A stretch of DNA of 6,320 nucleotides from a virus, in IMG/VR virus record IMGVR_UViG_3300045988_030101, positions 1 to 6,320 of that record; one strand, 5' to 3'. Position numbers and translations under genes: made by a program. Below the pieces are notes generated by a model, which saw only the letters and a program-made list of their open reading frames with translations, was not told the DNA's origin and made no database searches. Below, one piece after another: positions 6,164 through 6,320 of the stretch; within the stretch, counting starts at the first letter, position 1, and every line of letters starts with the position of its first letter.

Positions 6164-6320
6164 TTAATAATTTTTGTTTATATTAACCTTTAAAGTGTCG
6201 TCGTATTCTTTTAATGCTTTGGCTACTAATATAGCATTTTTTTTTGAATTCACGATAAGAGTGGAAATATTTAAACCTTCTTTGACATTTTCGATTACAT
6301 CTATCTCCCAGCGATGACCA
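6164..6320 (-). CDS. C-terminal part of the same 103-aa junction-spanning ORF. 6164-6235 is the unique C-terminal 23 codons plus stop. 6236-6320 is the redundant copy of 1-85.
   Basis: In-phase continuation of the 1..240 minus-strand ORF across the 6235-nt circle. The TAA stop at 6166-6164 lies 2 nt upstream of the ATG (6161) of the next gene. Confidence 0.5.
   Translation of the reverse strand, partial: GHRWEIDVIENVKEGLNISTLIVNSKKNAILVAKALKEYDDTLKVNINKNY
6236..6320. repeat. Second copy of the terminal redundancy (duplicate of 1-85).
   Basis: Exact identity to positions 1-85. It carries no independent information. Confidence 0.95.

Noticed and set aside
1-6320. Integrated prophage with attL/attR, integrase or a dif-like XerCD site
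   Set aside because: There is no flanking host sequence, no integrase or recombinase ORF, and the ends overlap to close a circle. This is an episomal or virion-type genome rather than a provirus. A dif-like motif cannot be excluded by eye.
1-6320. CRISPR array, rRNA or other large RNA genes
   Set aside because: There are no regularly spaced direct repeats with unique spacers. There are no long non-coding stretches beyond ~260 nt and no rRNA-like conserved segments.

Overview
The window is a complete circular Microviridae (ssDNA phage) genome written out linearly with a small assembly overlap. Positions 1-85 are identical to 6236-6320, so the unit genome is 6235 nt.

All credible genes are on the minus strand of the window, so the virion/mRNA-sense strand is the reverse complement. 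The recognisable genes are the major capsid protein VP1/F (679 aa), the DNA pilot protein VP2/H-like (378 aa) and the rolling-circle replication initiator VP4/A-like (376 aa, with HUH and YxxKY motifs). Several small ORFs of unknown function sit around them.

A 52-aa ORF is missing from the supplied track. It overlaps by ATGA the start of a 103-aa ORF that wraps across the circular junction.

Genes are packed with ATGA or TGAnATG overlaps and none has a Shine-Dalgarno sequence. Together with the large VP1, VP2 and VP4 and the ~6.2 kb size, this suggests a Bacteroidota-associated (Alpavirinae-like) microvirus. That assignment is inference.

There are two non-coding regions with structure. One is a GC-rich cluster of stable hairpins (522-616) followed by an 11-bp tandem repeat (629-650), immediately 3' of the rep gene. 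I propose it as an origin/terminator region. The other (2951-3054) contains a GC-rich stem-loop followed by a T-run on the coding strand (a predicted intrinsic terminator after the VP1 module) and a perfect 20-bp palindrome in front of VP2.

No CRISPR arrays, tRNAs, rRNAs, integrases or IS elements are visible. The unexplained biology is the cassette of five small genes (52, 103, 72 with a TM helix, 92 and 87 aa) that sits between the rep-proximal non-coding region and VP1.
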